Assembly: GCA_021808485.1 (NCBI GenBank)
Contig: JAKBBN010000002.1
Location: 1,369 to 65,368, forward strand
Origin: Planctomycetota bacterium
GTDB taxonomy: Bacteria > Planctomycetota > Phycisphaerae > WQYP01
Direction: 5' to 3'
DNA length: 64,000 bases
Made by a program: the position numbers and the translations under genes. The notes below the pieces were generated by a model. The model searched no databases, was not told the origin of the DNA, and saw only the letters and a list, made by a program, of their open reading frames with translations. This document shows, piece by piece, positions 29,374-39,048 of this stretch; positions within the stretch are counted from its first letter, which is position 1; each line of letters starts with the position of its first letter.

Positions 29374-30717
29374 TTACTGCGCCGCCTGCAGCTGGTTCTG
29401 TGAAATCGTCCTGGTGAGCAGCGTGTCGCCGGCCGCATTTTTTAATTCCAGCGTCACATGCCGCAGACCCGCCGGACCGCCGACGCGGATCAAGCCGAAA
29501 TTATTGACGAGAACCTGCGGTCCAACCCGGCCGGGATTGTGATACAACGCCGCCTGAGCGGCAGTGAGCGGTCGGTCGGCAAGCGACGAACTGGTAAGGT
29601 CATACAGCGGGTATTGGCCGAAAACACCCGGCCCGGGCCGGCGAAGGGTCAATTCACCGAAACGCCGATGACCGGTCAGAAAGATAACGCCGTCGACATC
29701 GTGTGCAAATATCCAGGCCAGCAGCCGGCGGCGTTCCCGCGGAAAGTTTCCCCAGCTTTCATGACCGGGATAGTCCGTAAGCATCGGATCACCATCCACA
29801 ATGAATTTGAAATCCGCATGACTGCGGAGCAATCGCTTTTTCAACCAGTTGATCTGAACATTTCCGAGCATGACGCCCGGTTTGCCTTTTGCGGCCGGAA
29901 CGCGAAAAGTACGATCATCCAGCAGAAAGAACTCGGCGTCCCCAACGGTAAAGTGACAGAATGCCGCCACCTGCGGGCCGCTGCCATATCCCGGGTTAAG
30001 CCAATAGCGCTGGAATGCGATCATCGATTCTCCGGCAAAAACGAATTTAGCGCCGCTGCCGGGAATGCCGAAATCACGGTCATCCCACGTTGCATAGATG
30101 GGGCAGATGCGCATCAAAGGTTGGATACCCTTAAAGCGCCGTGCTTGTTCGTATTTGTCAAGAATAAACCGCAGTGCGTGAATGTAGGTGTACGGAAACT
30201 TGGCCAGCGTGCGCGGCAGGTAAACCGAATTGCCGGCAAAAATAAATGCCCGCGGCTGAAGATTGGCGATGGTGTGCCAGATTGTGCGGCCGGGATAGCG
30301 CCGGGTATCCGCACAGGAACCAAAAGCAAAGGTGTAATTTTGATCGGATCCGCGGACGGGATAGGTGCGGATTATCAGCGGCGGGCCGGGAAGCGGCCGC
30401 CGCCGGCCGTTCACGAACACGCGCAGGCGGTAATCATGGTCCGGTTCCAGACCGCCAATGGCCGCGGCGCCGACAAACGGCGGCGGGCCATGCACACTTT
30501 CGCCCCAGGCGGATACTTCGCTGCCGGTGTTAAGGTCAAAAGCCTGCACGTGCAGACGGTCCGAGGTGCTAAGTTCCATCCAAATCCGGGCGGAAGTGGG
30601 CGTAACGGACCCGATAACCGGGCCGGCGACAATATGACCGGCGCGGCACGACGTACAGTTCGCGGCGGCGACAACGGCGATTCCCAACAGGCCAAAAACA
30701 GATCCGAATAACCTCAT
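29374..30717 (-). CDS. phoD: PhoD-family alkaline phosphatase homologue with altered metal ligands
   Basis: GP.IGSVTPTSARIW, GLEPD..Y, FGSC, WDDRD, LLDDR, MLG..Q..WL; canonical GDxxY is GNSVY and GDxH is GHRR. Confidence 0.85.
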   Translation of the reverse strand: MRLFGSVFGLLGIAVVAAANCTSCRAGHIVAGPVIGSVTPTSARIWMELSTSDRLHVQAFDLNTGSEVSAWGESVHGPPPFVGAAAIGGLEPDHDYRLRVFVNGRRRPLPGPPLIIRTYPVRGSDQNYTFAFGSCADTRRYPGRTIWHTIANLQPRAFIFAGNSVYLPRTLAKFPYTYIHALRFILDKYEQARRFKGIQPLMRICPIYATWDDRDFGIPGSGAKFVFAGESMIAFQRYWLNPGYGSGPQVAAFCHFTVGDAEFFLLDDRTFRVPAAKGKPGVMLGNVQINWLKKRLLRSHADFKFIVDGDPMLTDYPGHESWGNFPRERRRLLAWIFAHDVDGVIFLTGHRRFGELTLRRPGPGVFGQYPLYDLTSSSLADRPLTAAQAALYHNPGRVGPQVLVNNFGLIRVGGPAGLRHVTLELKNAAGDTLLTRTISQNQLQAAQ

Positions 30718-30848
30718 GGCGGAGAAGTGTAGCATAAACCCGCGGCATGTTCAGCAAGCCGGCACAAGTTCGCCGGGAGCTGCGGAACGCCGTTTTCTTC
30801 CGCGCCGGCGCGGCACGGGAAGCGGGCGGTGGGCAGAGCGGCGAATGG

Positions 30849-31763
30849 TCACCAACCGAAGTAAGTGTTCACGCGCAAAGACCGCACGCGAATGTTGCTT
30901 TCGGGGACCCAGGCGACGGAACCGTCGTTATAGGCTTCATGCATACCGGAGGGCAGGTTATGGCCCAGGCTTTGGTGTGTGTGATTGGAAAGAGGGCTGG
31001 AGGTTCCGATCCAGATTTCGCCGGTAGTGCCGCGCGGATTGCCGAACGCGGCGATGTCGCTCAGGAGGAGCGATCCGGGACTGGATTGGGCGTTGAGCGC
31101 CGGCTCATGCTTGGGATCGTTGTTATACCAAGCCCAACCGCCGCCGCCGTTCATCCAGGCCGGCATGAGGTCATAGGCGGCGGAATAATCGGGGGATGGC
31201 GTTCCGGTCATAACGCCGGGGCCGGCCGTGGCGTAAGGAGCGCCGCTGTAATAGCCATGGTCAACCCAGTAGCAATAACTGGAGAAGAAATAGAAACTCG
31301 TCAGGTTACCCTGCAAATTATAATAATTTGAAGGGATGAGATTTTCGCTGGCAAAACCGGCTTCCGGAGAAAACATTAGTGCCACACCGGTGGCATTGGG
31401 TGTAAGGATCCCCGGCTGAACGATTTGATCCTGCGGGGTTGAGTTGGTAGGGGCAGGACCGCCGTAATACAGAAGTTCCAGGCCGTACCCGGGAATATTG
31501 TATTGATACGGCCGGCCGGAATACGAGCCAAATGGATAATTGCTGGCGATCGTGGGCATGTATTGCCCGCGATATTCGCCGGCATATTCGCGTGTAGCCA
31601 GGGCCAGCTGGCGTAAATTGCTGGCGCATACCACGCGCATGGCCTGCGCTTTGGCCCTGGCCAGGGCGGGGAGAAGCAGAGCGATCAGAAGGGCGATAAT
31701 GGAAATAACAACCAGCAATTCAACAAGGGTAAAACCACGCATCCCACGGTATTTGACGGCCAT
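30849..31763 (-). CDS. prepilin-type N-terminal cleavage/methylation protein (DUF1559-like, H-X9-DG)
   Basis: [29 protein letters not shown]...CASNLRQL; C-terminal [16 protein letters not shown]. Confidence 0.95.
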   Translation of the reverse strand: MAVKYRGMRGFTLVELLVVISIIALLIALLLPALARAKAQAMRVVCASNLRQLALATREYAGEYRGQYMPTIASNYPFGSYSGRPYQYNIPGYGLELLYYGGPAPTNSTPQDQIVQPGILTPNATGVALMFSPEAGFASENLIPSNYYNLQGNLTSFYFFSSYCYWVDHGYYSGAPYATAGPGVMTGTPSPDYSAAYDLMPAWMNGGGGWAWYNNDPKHEPALNAQSSPGSLLLSDIAAFGNPRGTTGEIWIGTSSPLSNHTHQSLGHNLPSGMHEAYNDGSVAWVPESNIRVRSLRVNTYFGW

Positions 31764-31859
31764 AACATGTCTCCATTGGCGGCGACCCCGCCGATTTAAT
31801 TATTTTTGTCTATATAACTTCATGTGTTTATGCAAACGACAACCCATGGCGGATGAACA

Positions 31860-31889
31860 GAGGGCCGGTCCATTTCATGGCCGGCCCTC
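31860..31889 (-). terminator. GC-rich hairpin between the PEP-CTERM and DUF1559 genes (weak terminator or stabiliser)
   Basis: gagggccgg(t)ccat-ttc-atgg-ccggccctc inverted repeat; no long U-tract. Confidence 0.5.
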
Positions 31890-31923
31890 CACGTAAAACC
31901 ATTCACGCGGTAATCCCGCAGAT

Positions 31924-32763
31924 TCAGATTCGGCTCGTCAATCTGCGACGCGAGAGCAACAGCAGGCCGGCCGAGCCGGCGGCAAATACGGCCAGCGAGG
32001 CCGGCTCCGGCGTGGCAACCTGCGTCAGTGACAGATTGCTGAATGTCGCCGGAGCCTGATCGCCGCGAAGAGCGATGAAAATAGCGCCGGGAGCCGTCGG
32101 CAATGTTGCATAAGTAAATTGGCCAACCTGAGTAAGGCTGGAAGCGTTGGCCCCGTTGCCCAACGAAAGCGCCACCGCCCCGGATGCAAGGTTATAAGTC
32201 ATTTCCACGGTGGTGGTGCCGGTGTAAGTGCTGCTGGTAACCCCCATCGCCTTGTTGGCGGTGCCCGGCCCCTCGAACAATTGATACCCACCCGTGCTGG
32301 TATTAATTAACGCCCATGGTTCCGCATTGCTGATCGCATCCACAGTCGTCGCGGAGGGCGCAAAACCGATAGCCGCCCATTCGCTCGCGGCATTGTAAGT
32401 GATGTTTGCTTCCAGAGTGAGCGTACCATTACTGGCGGGAGTAATGGCGATGCCGGCGTTGTTATCGATAAAGTTACCGTTGGCCGTTGTCTGCAGGGTT
32501 ACATAACCGGCGGTTGAACCGGAGGGCGGCGTAATGACGGCGGTCGCGGTACCGGTGGAACCATTGGAAACCGTACTTAATGGCGCCCATGTACCGCCAA
32601 TGTCGGCGGTGGAACCCGCGAGTGCGTTGGAGGTGGAGGGACTGGCCTGGAACGTATCAAGCACGAGGGTACTTACAGCAGCATTCGCCGTACCAATTGA
32701 GGCAAGAGCCGAAATCCCGGCGACTGCCGCAAAATATTTTGACATTCTGACGTGATTTTTCAT
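31924..32763 (-). CDS. PEP-CTERM surface protein
   Basis: AAGGAG RBS, signal peptide, S/T/A/G-rich, C-terminal TPEPASLAVFAAGSAGLLLLSRRR. Confidence 0.92.
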   Translation of the reverse strand: MKNHVRMSKYFAAVAGISALASIGTANAAVSTLVLDTFQASPSTSNALAGSTADIGGTWAPLSTVSNGSTGTATAVITPPSGSTAGYVTLQTTANGNFIDNNAGIAITPASNGTLTLEANITYNAASEWAAIGFAPSATTVDAISNAEPWALINTSTGGYQLFEGPGTANKAMGVTSSTYTGTTTVEMTYNLASGAVALSLGNGANASSLTQVGQFTYATLPTAPGAIFIALRGDQAPATFSNLSLTQVATPEPASLAVFAAGSAGLLLLSRRRLTSRI

Positions 32764-33090
32764 TTCTACTGCTCCTTCTAATTTCTTTTAACGAATAACA
32801 AATTACCTTTAGTGGACATTCAACAAAGATCAACTATCGCGACATCCGTAACCTGCCCTTTTGAGTTCTCGAATCCCGGATGAACTCCCTCAAACAGAGC
32901 GCACGCTTCGCAATGTTCCATCATCTTTGTATTTTGCACAGACCTCCTTCCCTGCCGTCATCGCCTGCAGGTGTAGATTTTTAACCCTATGCCGGACGAT
33001 GCGAAGCTTGGACAACAATTCACGATCTCGACTGTCCGGGTAGCACCACCGGAACAGACCGGACCGGCAACACCAACCGAGGACAACCGG

Positions 33091-33153
33091 AGATTAGACC
33101 AAAGATAACAACCGGGCAAGACCGATTTACGCAATATATGATCGTTTTGCGCA
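33091..33153 (-). promoter_or_regulatory. sigma70-type promoter with adjacent direct-repeat operator
   Basis: TGCGCAAAACGATC and TGCGTAAATCGGTC at a 20-nt period, directly followed by TTGCCC-N17-TAATCT. Confidence 0.6.
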
Positions 33154-33214
33154 TACCGGTGGGAAGGACCAGGGGGACATCATGCCGCACAACCGGCGTC
33201 AACGGGGCCATTTT

Positions 33215-34411
33215 TTAGCGTTTTTTAACGTCCGGCCGGGATGCCGGGGCAATTGGCGATTTCCGCGAGCGATCGCGAAACTGACCCGGCGTCAGACCGG
33301 TGAGCCGCTGAAAATTCTGGCTTAATCGCAGGCCGCTGTTAAACCCGCACTCAATGGCGATTTTGTACAAAGATTCCGGCGTATCCATCAGCAGAACCTT
33401 GGCATGCTCAATCCGCATCTGCAAAATATGTTCGTAGGGGCCGCGCCCAAGCGCCTGTCTGAAACGATGCTCCAATGTGCGGCGCGGCATGTTTAAATGG
33501 CGGCATAAATCAGGCACACCGATCGGATCACGAAACCGCATCTGAATAAGCGACAGCGCCCGGCCCACCACCGGATCGGAGGTGAGCGCCCGCCGTGTGG
33601 ACCCGCGCACATACACAAAACTGCCGCCGGGCAGAACATTGACCTCCGGCACTTTGCGGCCGTGAAAAAGGCTGTTCAATGCCGCGGCGCATTGATAGCC
33701 CAATTGTTCAAACGGCGACTGCACGCTGCTTAAAGCCGGTGAAACACTGTCACAAATCAGTTCGTCATTATCCACGCCCACAATGGAAACATCACCGGGC
33801 ACATTCAGGCCGACCTCATGGCATGCATCCGCGGCAAATGCCCCGATACTGTCATTGTAAGCCAACAGCCCGACGGCGCCGCCGGCGCTTTTACGCAATG
33901 CGGCAAGCACCTTTCCAAAAATGCGGGCCGGCTTGCGATCGTCAATGGTAATGACCGTCGGGGACGGCCTTCCCGCGGCGACAACGGTTTCCCGGAATCC
34001 TTCCTCGCGTAATTGCGACAGGCGTCCCGGACGGCGGATATACGCATAATGATTGATTTCCAACCGCAGCAGATGTTCCGCCGCGGTCCGTCCCTTGTCA
34101 TAATCATTGGTTACAAAGATGGGAGCTTTTCCCACCAGATCATAATTAATGACCCCCACCAGGCACGTTCGCGGGGACATCCAGCCTTTGTAGGTTATTT
34201 TTCCAAAGTTCCAGACGATCGCGCCATCCACGGGATCTGTCCAGCTGTTGAGCCAGCGATCATCCGCAAAGCGCCATCCGGGATGGCTCACGATACGCCA
34301 CGGCGGCTGGTGCTCACGCATGTACCGGCTGATCCCCAGGCGGCAATCACGGCCGATGCTTAAAACCGGAGACAGCACGATCATGACCCGCTTGACGGAA
34401 CTGGTTTTCAT
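33215..34411 (-). CDS. XylR-type regulator (LacI-like ligand domain plus AraC HTH)
   Basis: G..AAEHLL, REEGF, VPGDVSIVGVDND.L.C....P.LSSV; C-terminal RRTLEHRF...RIEHAK.LL...IA.ECGF...F....G.TP..FR. Confidence 0.93.
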   Translation of the reverse strand: MKTSSVKRVMIVLSPVLSIGRDCRLGISRYMREHQPPWRIVSHPGWRFADDRWLNSWTDPVDGAIVWNFGKITYKGWMSPRTCLVGVINYDLVGKAPIFVTNDYDKGRTAAEHLLRLEINHYAYIRRPGRLSQLREEGFRETVVAAGRPSPTVITIDDRKPARIFGKVLAALRKSAGGAVGLLAYNDSIGAFAADACHEVGLNVPGDVSIVGVDNDELICDSVSPALSSVQSPFEQLGYQCAAALNSLFHGRKVPEVNVLPGGSFVYVRGSTRRALTSDPVVGRALSLIQMRFRDPIGVPDLCRHLNMPRRTLEHRFRQALGRGPYEHILQMRIEHAKVLLMDTPESLYKIAIECGFNSGLRLSQNFQRLTGLTPGQFRDRSRKSPIAPASRPDVKKR

Positions 34412-34615
34412 GGGGTGTCCTCATGCCGGCGACCGAGAATATCGCCGCAATACCCGCGGAATGCAATGGGACCAAAAACAGGACGTAGACAGGATAAAAA
34501 AGTCAACGGGTAGCGTCGTCCATCGCCCGCATCACGAAAAAGACAAAGCCGCCGGCGCGGTCCGCTGCATGTCCATCATCAGTGATGATGTCCAGGCGAC
34601 GGCCTTAAGGGCGCG

Positions 34616-35221
34616 TCAGGATGCGGTGAGGGTTGAATTTTCCATTGCCAGCATGCGTTTTTTAGTTGCAATTCCGCCGGCGCCGGAAAACCCGGTGAGT
34701 TTGCCGCCCGCACCAAGCACCCGATGGCACGGAATAAGCACCGGCCACGGATTGCGCCCAAGCGCGGCCCCTACCGCTCGAGCGGCGCCGGCCCGTCCGA
34801 TACCCGCGGCCACCTCGCCGTAGGTGCACGTACGGCCCCAGGCAATGCCCGCGGTAAACAGAAGCACCTGCCGGTCAAAATCGCCGACTTGTCCCCAATC
34901 TATCAGTGGCGAGGCCCGCTTGATGGCGGCTTTTTGATCCACGGACTGCGCCCCGCCGCTGTAATAGGATTGCAGAAATGCGGCGGCGGCCGCGGCGGCC
35001 GAGCCCGGCTTTGCCTCCGTGATTGCCGCAATATTCCGGCCGTACCGGCGGTGAATATCCTGGAGCAGTTTTTCTTTTGTCGGACAAGGCATGTAAATCC
35101 GGATCAATTTTCCGCCGGCACTGCCGGGTTGGAAAATAAGGCCGGCATATCCACCGCGGACCGCTACGATATGCATCGCAGGATTTGCAGGCAGCATCAT
35201 GGGTATTTCCTCCGCAGGCAT
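34616..35221 (-). CDS. ogt: methylated-DNA--protein-cysteine methyltransferase
   Basis: TYGEVA, ARAVGAALGRNP, IPCHRV, K..ML.ME. Confidence 0.9.
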   Translation of the reverse strand: MPAEEIPMMLPANPAMHIVAVRGGYAGLIFQPGSAGGKLIRIYMPCPTKEKLLQDIHRRYGRNIAAITEAKPGSAAAAAAAFLQSYYSGGAQSVDQKAAIKRASPLIDWGQVGDFDRQVLLFTAGIAWGRTCTYGEVAAGIGRAGAARAVGAALGRNPWPVLIPCHRVLGAGGKLTGFSGAGGIATKKRMLAMENSTLTAS

Positions 35222-35239
35222 ACGATAAAATCGACCTGA

Positions 35240-36745
35240 TTATAGCAGCCCGGTGCCGGCAGGTGGAATCAGCTCTCTTTTCAGGATTTTACCGGTTGCC
35301 GAACGCGGCATTTCCGTAAGTATATGCACATCACGGGGGGTTTTGTACGGCGCCAGCCGCTGGCGGACAAATGCCCGCAGATCGGCAGAAGTGGCTTGCG
35401 CATCGGGTTCAAGCTGCACAAAGGCGACCGGTACTTCACCCCGCTGCGCGTCTTTGACGCCGATAACGGCCGCGAGCAGCACCGCAGGATGCTGCCGCAG
35501 GCATTCCTCGATTTCGCCCGGGGCGACTTTTTCCCCGGCCATGATGATCATTTCCTTTTTCCGCCCGGTGATATGCAGAAAACCCTCGGCGTCGATCCGG
35601 GCTATATCACCCGTTTTCAACCAGCCGTCGGCGGAAAGCACAGCCGCGGTTTCCGCGGGCCGCCTGAAATAGCCGCCCATCACGTTCGGCCCTTTCACCA
35701 GCAATTCGCCATCCATACCGGACGGCACATCCGCGCCCAGGTCATCCACAATGCGAAGCTGCTGGCCCGGGATCGGCTTGCCGACGCTGCCGGGCTTGTG
35801 ATCCCAGGGCGTGGAAAAGCTGACCATGGGAGATGTTTCGGTAAGGCCGAAGCCCTCGAGTATGGACAGGCCGAAGCGGGATTCAAACCTCTCCATCAGA
35901 GAACGCGACAGGGGTTCGCCGCCGCTGATAACATACCGCACGGATGCCAGGCTGTCGCGCCCTGCATTCTTGGCGTTGGCCAGCATGGCGTACATGCTGG
36001 GAACAGCAATAAGCACCTGCACCTGATGCTCCGCGATGGCTTGCAGGACCGCGGGGACGGAAAACCGCGCCAGGTAAACCATCCGGCAGGCCAGGCTCAG
36101 CGGTACAAGGCAGCATCCCATAAGCCCCAGGGCATGAAACATGGGCAGCACACCCAGAAATGTCATTTGCCCGTTAAACCGTGCGTGGGCGATGGAGCCG
36201 GCGGCATTGGAATCAAGGTTGCCATTGGTCAATACGACGCCCTTGGGCCTTGCACTGGTACCGCTGGTGTACAAAATGACGGCCGGATCGGCGGAGTCGC
36301 ATTTGGGCGGCTTGCGACGCAGAATCGCGGCCTTTATTTTGGCTATCCTCGGCAGCGGCAAGAGATCCTGCAGGTATACCACGCGGATTCCCCCGGCTTC
36401 CAAAGCGGTTGCCAGGGAATTGAACAGCGGATGGCGAACGGTAAAAACGGTTTTCAGTTCCGCATCGCGGCAGATGTCCAGCAGTTCGGCCGGCCGCAGC
36501 AGGTAATTCAACGGTACAGCCACGCGATTTGTCCACCGGACGGCCATGAACAACATGGCGAATGCCGCGGACTGGGGGACCAGCAGGCCGATGTGCGGCT
36601 GGCCGGGAAATTCGCGATCAATCATATCCGCAAAAATCTGTCCGCCGACAAGCAGTTCACGGAAGGTGGTGCGGCGCACATCATCAATGATGGCGATCTG
36701 CCCCCCCCGCTTCCTCCCCTGCTCTAAAATCGTTTCAAGAAGCAT
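35240..36745 (-). CDS. AMP-binding acyl-CoA/acyl-ACP synthetase
   Basis: YTSGTSARPKG, EGFGLTETSP, WLKTGD, ITGRKKEMI, PRSATGK; start refined to ATG 36745. Confidence 0.93.
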   Translation of the reverse strand: MLLETILEQGRKRGGQIAIIDDVRRTTFRELLVGGQIFADMIDREFPGQPHIGLLVPQSAAFAMLFMAVRWTNRVAVPLNYLLRPAELLDICRDAELKTVFTVRHPLFNSLATALEAGGIRVVYLQDLLPLPRIAKIKAAILRRKPPKCDSADPAVILYTSGTSARPKGVVLTNGNLDSNAAGSIAHARFNGQMTFLGVLPMFHALGLMGCCLVPLSLACRMVYLARFSVPAVLQAIAEHQVQVLIAVPSMYAMLANAKNAGRDSLASVRYVISGGEPLSRSLMERFESRFGLSILEGFGLTETSPMVSFSTPWDHKPGSVGKPIPGQQLRIVDDLGADVPSGMDGELLVKGPNVMGGYFRRPAETAAVLSADGWLKTGDIARIDAEGFLHITGRKKEMIIMAGEKVAPGEIEECLRQHPAVLLAAVIGVKDAQRGEVPVAFVQLEPDAQATSADLRAFVRQRLAPYKTPRDVHILTEMPRSATGKILKRELIPPAGTGLL

Positions 36746-36904
36746 GCAGCAGAACCGCCCATTGCGCACCGGCAACGCAGCCCATTGCCGCCTCGCCCAT
36801 CGGATGACTGTAATCGCCCGGCGCCGGTGATACAAGACGCCGCCGGAATTCAGCCGGTCGGCGCAGATGCCGCGTCCGCGGCCGACGGACCGGCGTTCGC
36901 GGCA

Positions 36905-38737
36905 TTATTCCACGGTAACGCTTTTGGCCAGATTTCGCGGCTTGTCCACATTGCATCCACGGGCCACGGCCGCATGATAGGCCAGCAATTGCAGCGGCAG
37001 CACCGTCAGCAGCGGCTGGAGCGGCTCAATGGTATCCGGAACCGTAAACACATGGTCGGCCACGGAACGGATATGCTCGTCGCCTTCGGATGCCACGGCG
37101 ATAACCCGGCCGCTGCGGGCCTTGACCTCCTGAATATTGCCCAGCAGTTTTTCATACTGTGTGCCGCGTGTGGCGATGAAGACCACCGGCATGCCTGGAT
37201 TGATCAAGGCGATCGGCCCGTGCTTCATTTCCGCCGCGGGCAGGCCTTCCGCGTGAATATAGCTTATTTCCTTGAGTTTCAGCGCGCCTTCCAGCGCCAC
37301 GGGATAGTTAAAACCGCGGCCCAGAAACAGCCAGTTTTCACGGTGGCAATACTGCGTGGTTACCTCACGAATCTGATCGCTTTGATCCAGCACGCGGCGC
37401 ATCTGACCGGGGATTTTTTCCAGAGCAGCAAGGAACTGATCCAGCACGGTCTGGGACATGTATTTCCGGCGGGCGATGGAAAGGGCCAGCAATGTTTCCA
37501 CCACAATCTGCCCGCAAAATGCCTTGGTGCTGGCCACGCCGATTTCCGGACCCACGTGCAGATAAATGCCGGCATCCGTTTCCCGCGCAATCGTACTGCC
37601 CACGACGTTCACGATCCCCAGACTCATGGCCCCGCGGTCCTTGGCCTCGCGCAGCGCCGCCAGCGTATCGGCAGTTTCGCCGCTCTGGCTGATCGCCAGC
37701 ACGATGGTGCCGTCCTCAATAATTGGATTGCGGTAGCGGAATTCGCTGGCGTATTCCACCTCCGTGGGGATTTTGGCGAGTTCCTCAAGCAAAAATTCGC
37801 CCACAAGCCCCGCGTGCCACGCCGTTCCGCAGGCCGTAATAATAATCCGCCGCGCCCGCACAACATCGCGGCTCAACTGGGATATGCCTCCGAGCACCAC
37901 GCGGCCTTCGTTTTTGTCAACCCGGCCGCGGAGACAATTGGCCATCGCCTCCGGCTGCTCAAAGATTTCCTTGAGCATGAAATGCGGATAGCCGCCCAAT
38001 TCAATCTGCTGCAACGAGAATTCCACCTCTTTGATCTGTTTGCTTACCGGCACGTCATCAATTGTGGTGGTGGAAAATGATTTGGGTGTCAGCAGGGCCA
38101 TTTCATTATCATTCAAATACACCACCTGCGTGGTGTGCTCCACGATGGCGGCGGCATCGGAGGCCACAATATATTCATCCTTGCCCACACCGATGATCAA
38201 CGGCGAACCGCGCCGCGCCACGACCAGGTGGTCCGGTTCATCCGAAGCCATGACAGCCATGCCGTAGGTGCCGCGAACTTCATGCAACGCCGCCTGCACC
38301 GCCTTGAGCAAATTCCCCTGATAAAAATGCCCGATCAACACCGCGAGCACTTCCGTATCCGTCTGGCTGTTGAAGGTGTGCCCCTTTTCCTGCAGAAACT
38401 GCTTGATGGCCGTGTAGTTTTCAATAATTCCGTTGTGCACCAGCGCGATGCGCCCCTGATCATCGGTATGCGGGTGGGCGTTGCATTCCGTGGGAGCTCC
38501 ATGCGTGGCCCAGCGCGTATGGGCCATGCCCACATGACCATGCGGAACGCTGTGCTCTTCATCAAGGACCGCTTCCAGCACGCTGATGCGGCCGACCGCC
38601 TTGCGAATAAAAAAGCCGTCCGCCGATCCGATGCAGATTCCCGAGGAATCGTAGCCGCGGTATTCAAGCCGTTTTAATCCCTCCAACAGCAGTGAGCCAA
38701 CCTGCTTTTTGCCTATGTAGGCCACGATTCCGCACAT
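36905..38737 (-). CDS. glmS: glutamine--fructose-6-phosphate transaminase
   Basis: MCGIV, LEYRGYDS, HTRWATHG, HNGIIEN, SQSGETADT, KPRNLAKSVTVE. Confidence 0.99.
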   Translation of the reverse strand: MCGIVAYIGKKQVGSLLLEGLKRLEYRGYDSSGICIGSADGFFIRKAVGRISVLEAVLDEEHSVPHGHVGMAHTRWATHGAPTECNAHPHTDDQGRIALVHNGIIENYTAIKQFLQEKGHTFNSQTDTEVLAVLIGHFYQGNLLKAVQAALHEVRGTYGMAVMASDEPDHLVVARRGSPLIIGVGKDEYIVASDAAAIVEHTTQVVYLNDNEMALLTPKSFSTTTIDDVPVSKQIKEVEFSLQQIELGGYPHFMLKEIFEQPEAMANCLRGRVDKNEGRVVLGGISQLSRDVVRARRIIITACGTAWHAGLVGEFLLEELAKIPTEVEYASEFRYRNPIIEDGTIVLAISQSGETADTLAALREAKDRGAMSLGIVNVVGSTIARETDAGIYLHVGPEIGVASTKAFCGQIVVETLLALSIARRKYMSQTVLDQFLAALEKIPGQMRRVLDQSDQIREVTTQYCHRENWLFLGRGFNYPVALEGALKLKEISYIHAEGLPAAEMKHGPIALINPGMPVVFIATRGTQYEKLLGNIQEVKARSGRVIAVASEGDEHIRSVADHVFTVPDTIEPLQPLLTVLPLQLLAYHAAVARGCNVDKPRNLAKSVTVE

Positions 38738-38805
38738 GCCAGTGTTCTCCTGCTTTCTTCCAAGCGCCGGTCTTCCATTAGGTTATCGGAATAACCCTAC
38801 CCCAT

Positions 38806-38814
38806 ACTATAGCA
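38806..38814 (-). promoter_or_regulatory. extended -10 promoter for glmS
   Basis: TGcTATAGT about 70 nt upstream of the ATG; AGGAG RBS. Confidence 0.5.
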
Positions 38815-39048
38815 CAATTTGGCTCCCCGCCGATGATTGGGGAATCCGCCGGAATTTACGCCTTTACGTGATACACCAGTTCCGACAGCGCCGTGGATTA
38901 CCGCGGTGTTCGCCGCGGCGGCGGTGAACCGGCATTATTCCCGCATTGCAAATGCGCCGGAGCGGCCGCACTGTTTCCTAAATTCGCTTTGTTGCTAGAA
39001 TACGTTTACAAACGGCAAGTAAACAGGCGACCAACGAGGAGTTCCCGC

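Noticed and set aside
38760-38800. glmS ribozyme
   Set aside because: The AGCGCC...AGGTTATCG-like words are on the strand opposite glmS, and the GACGAGG core is absent
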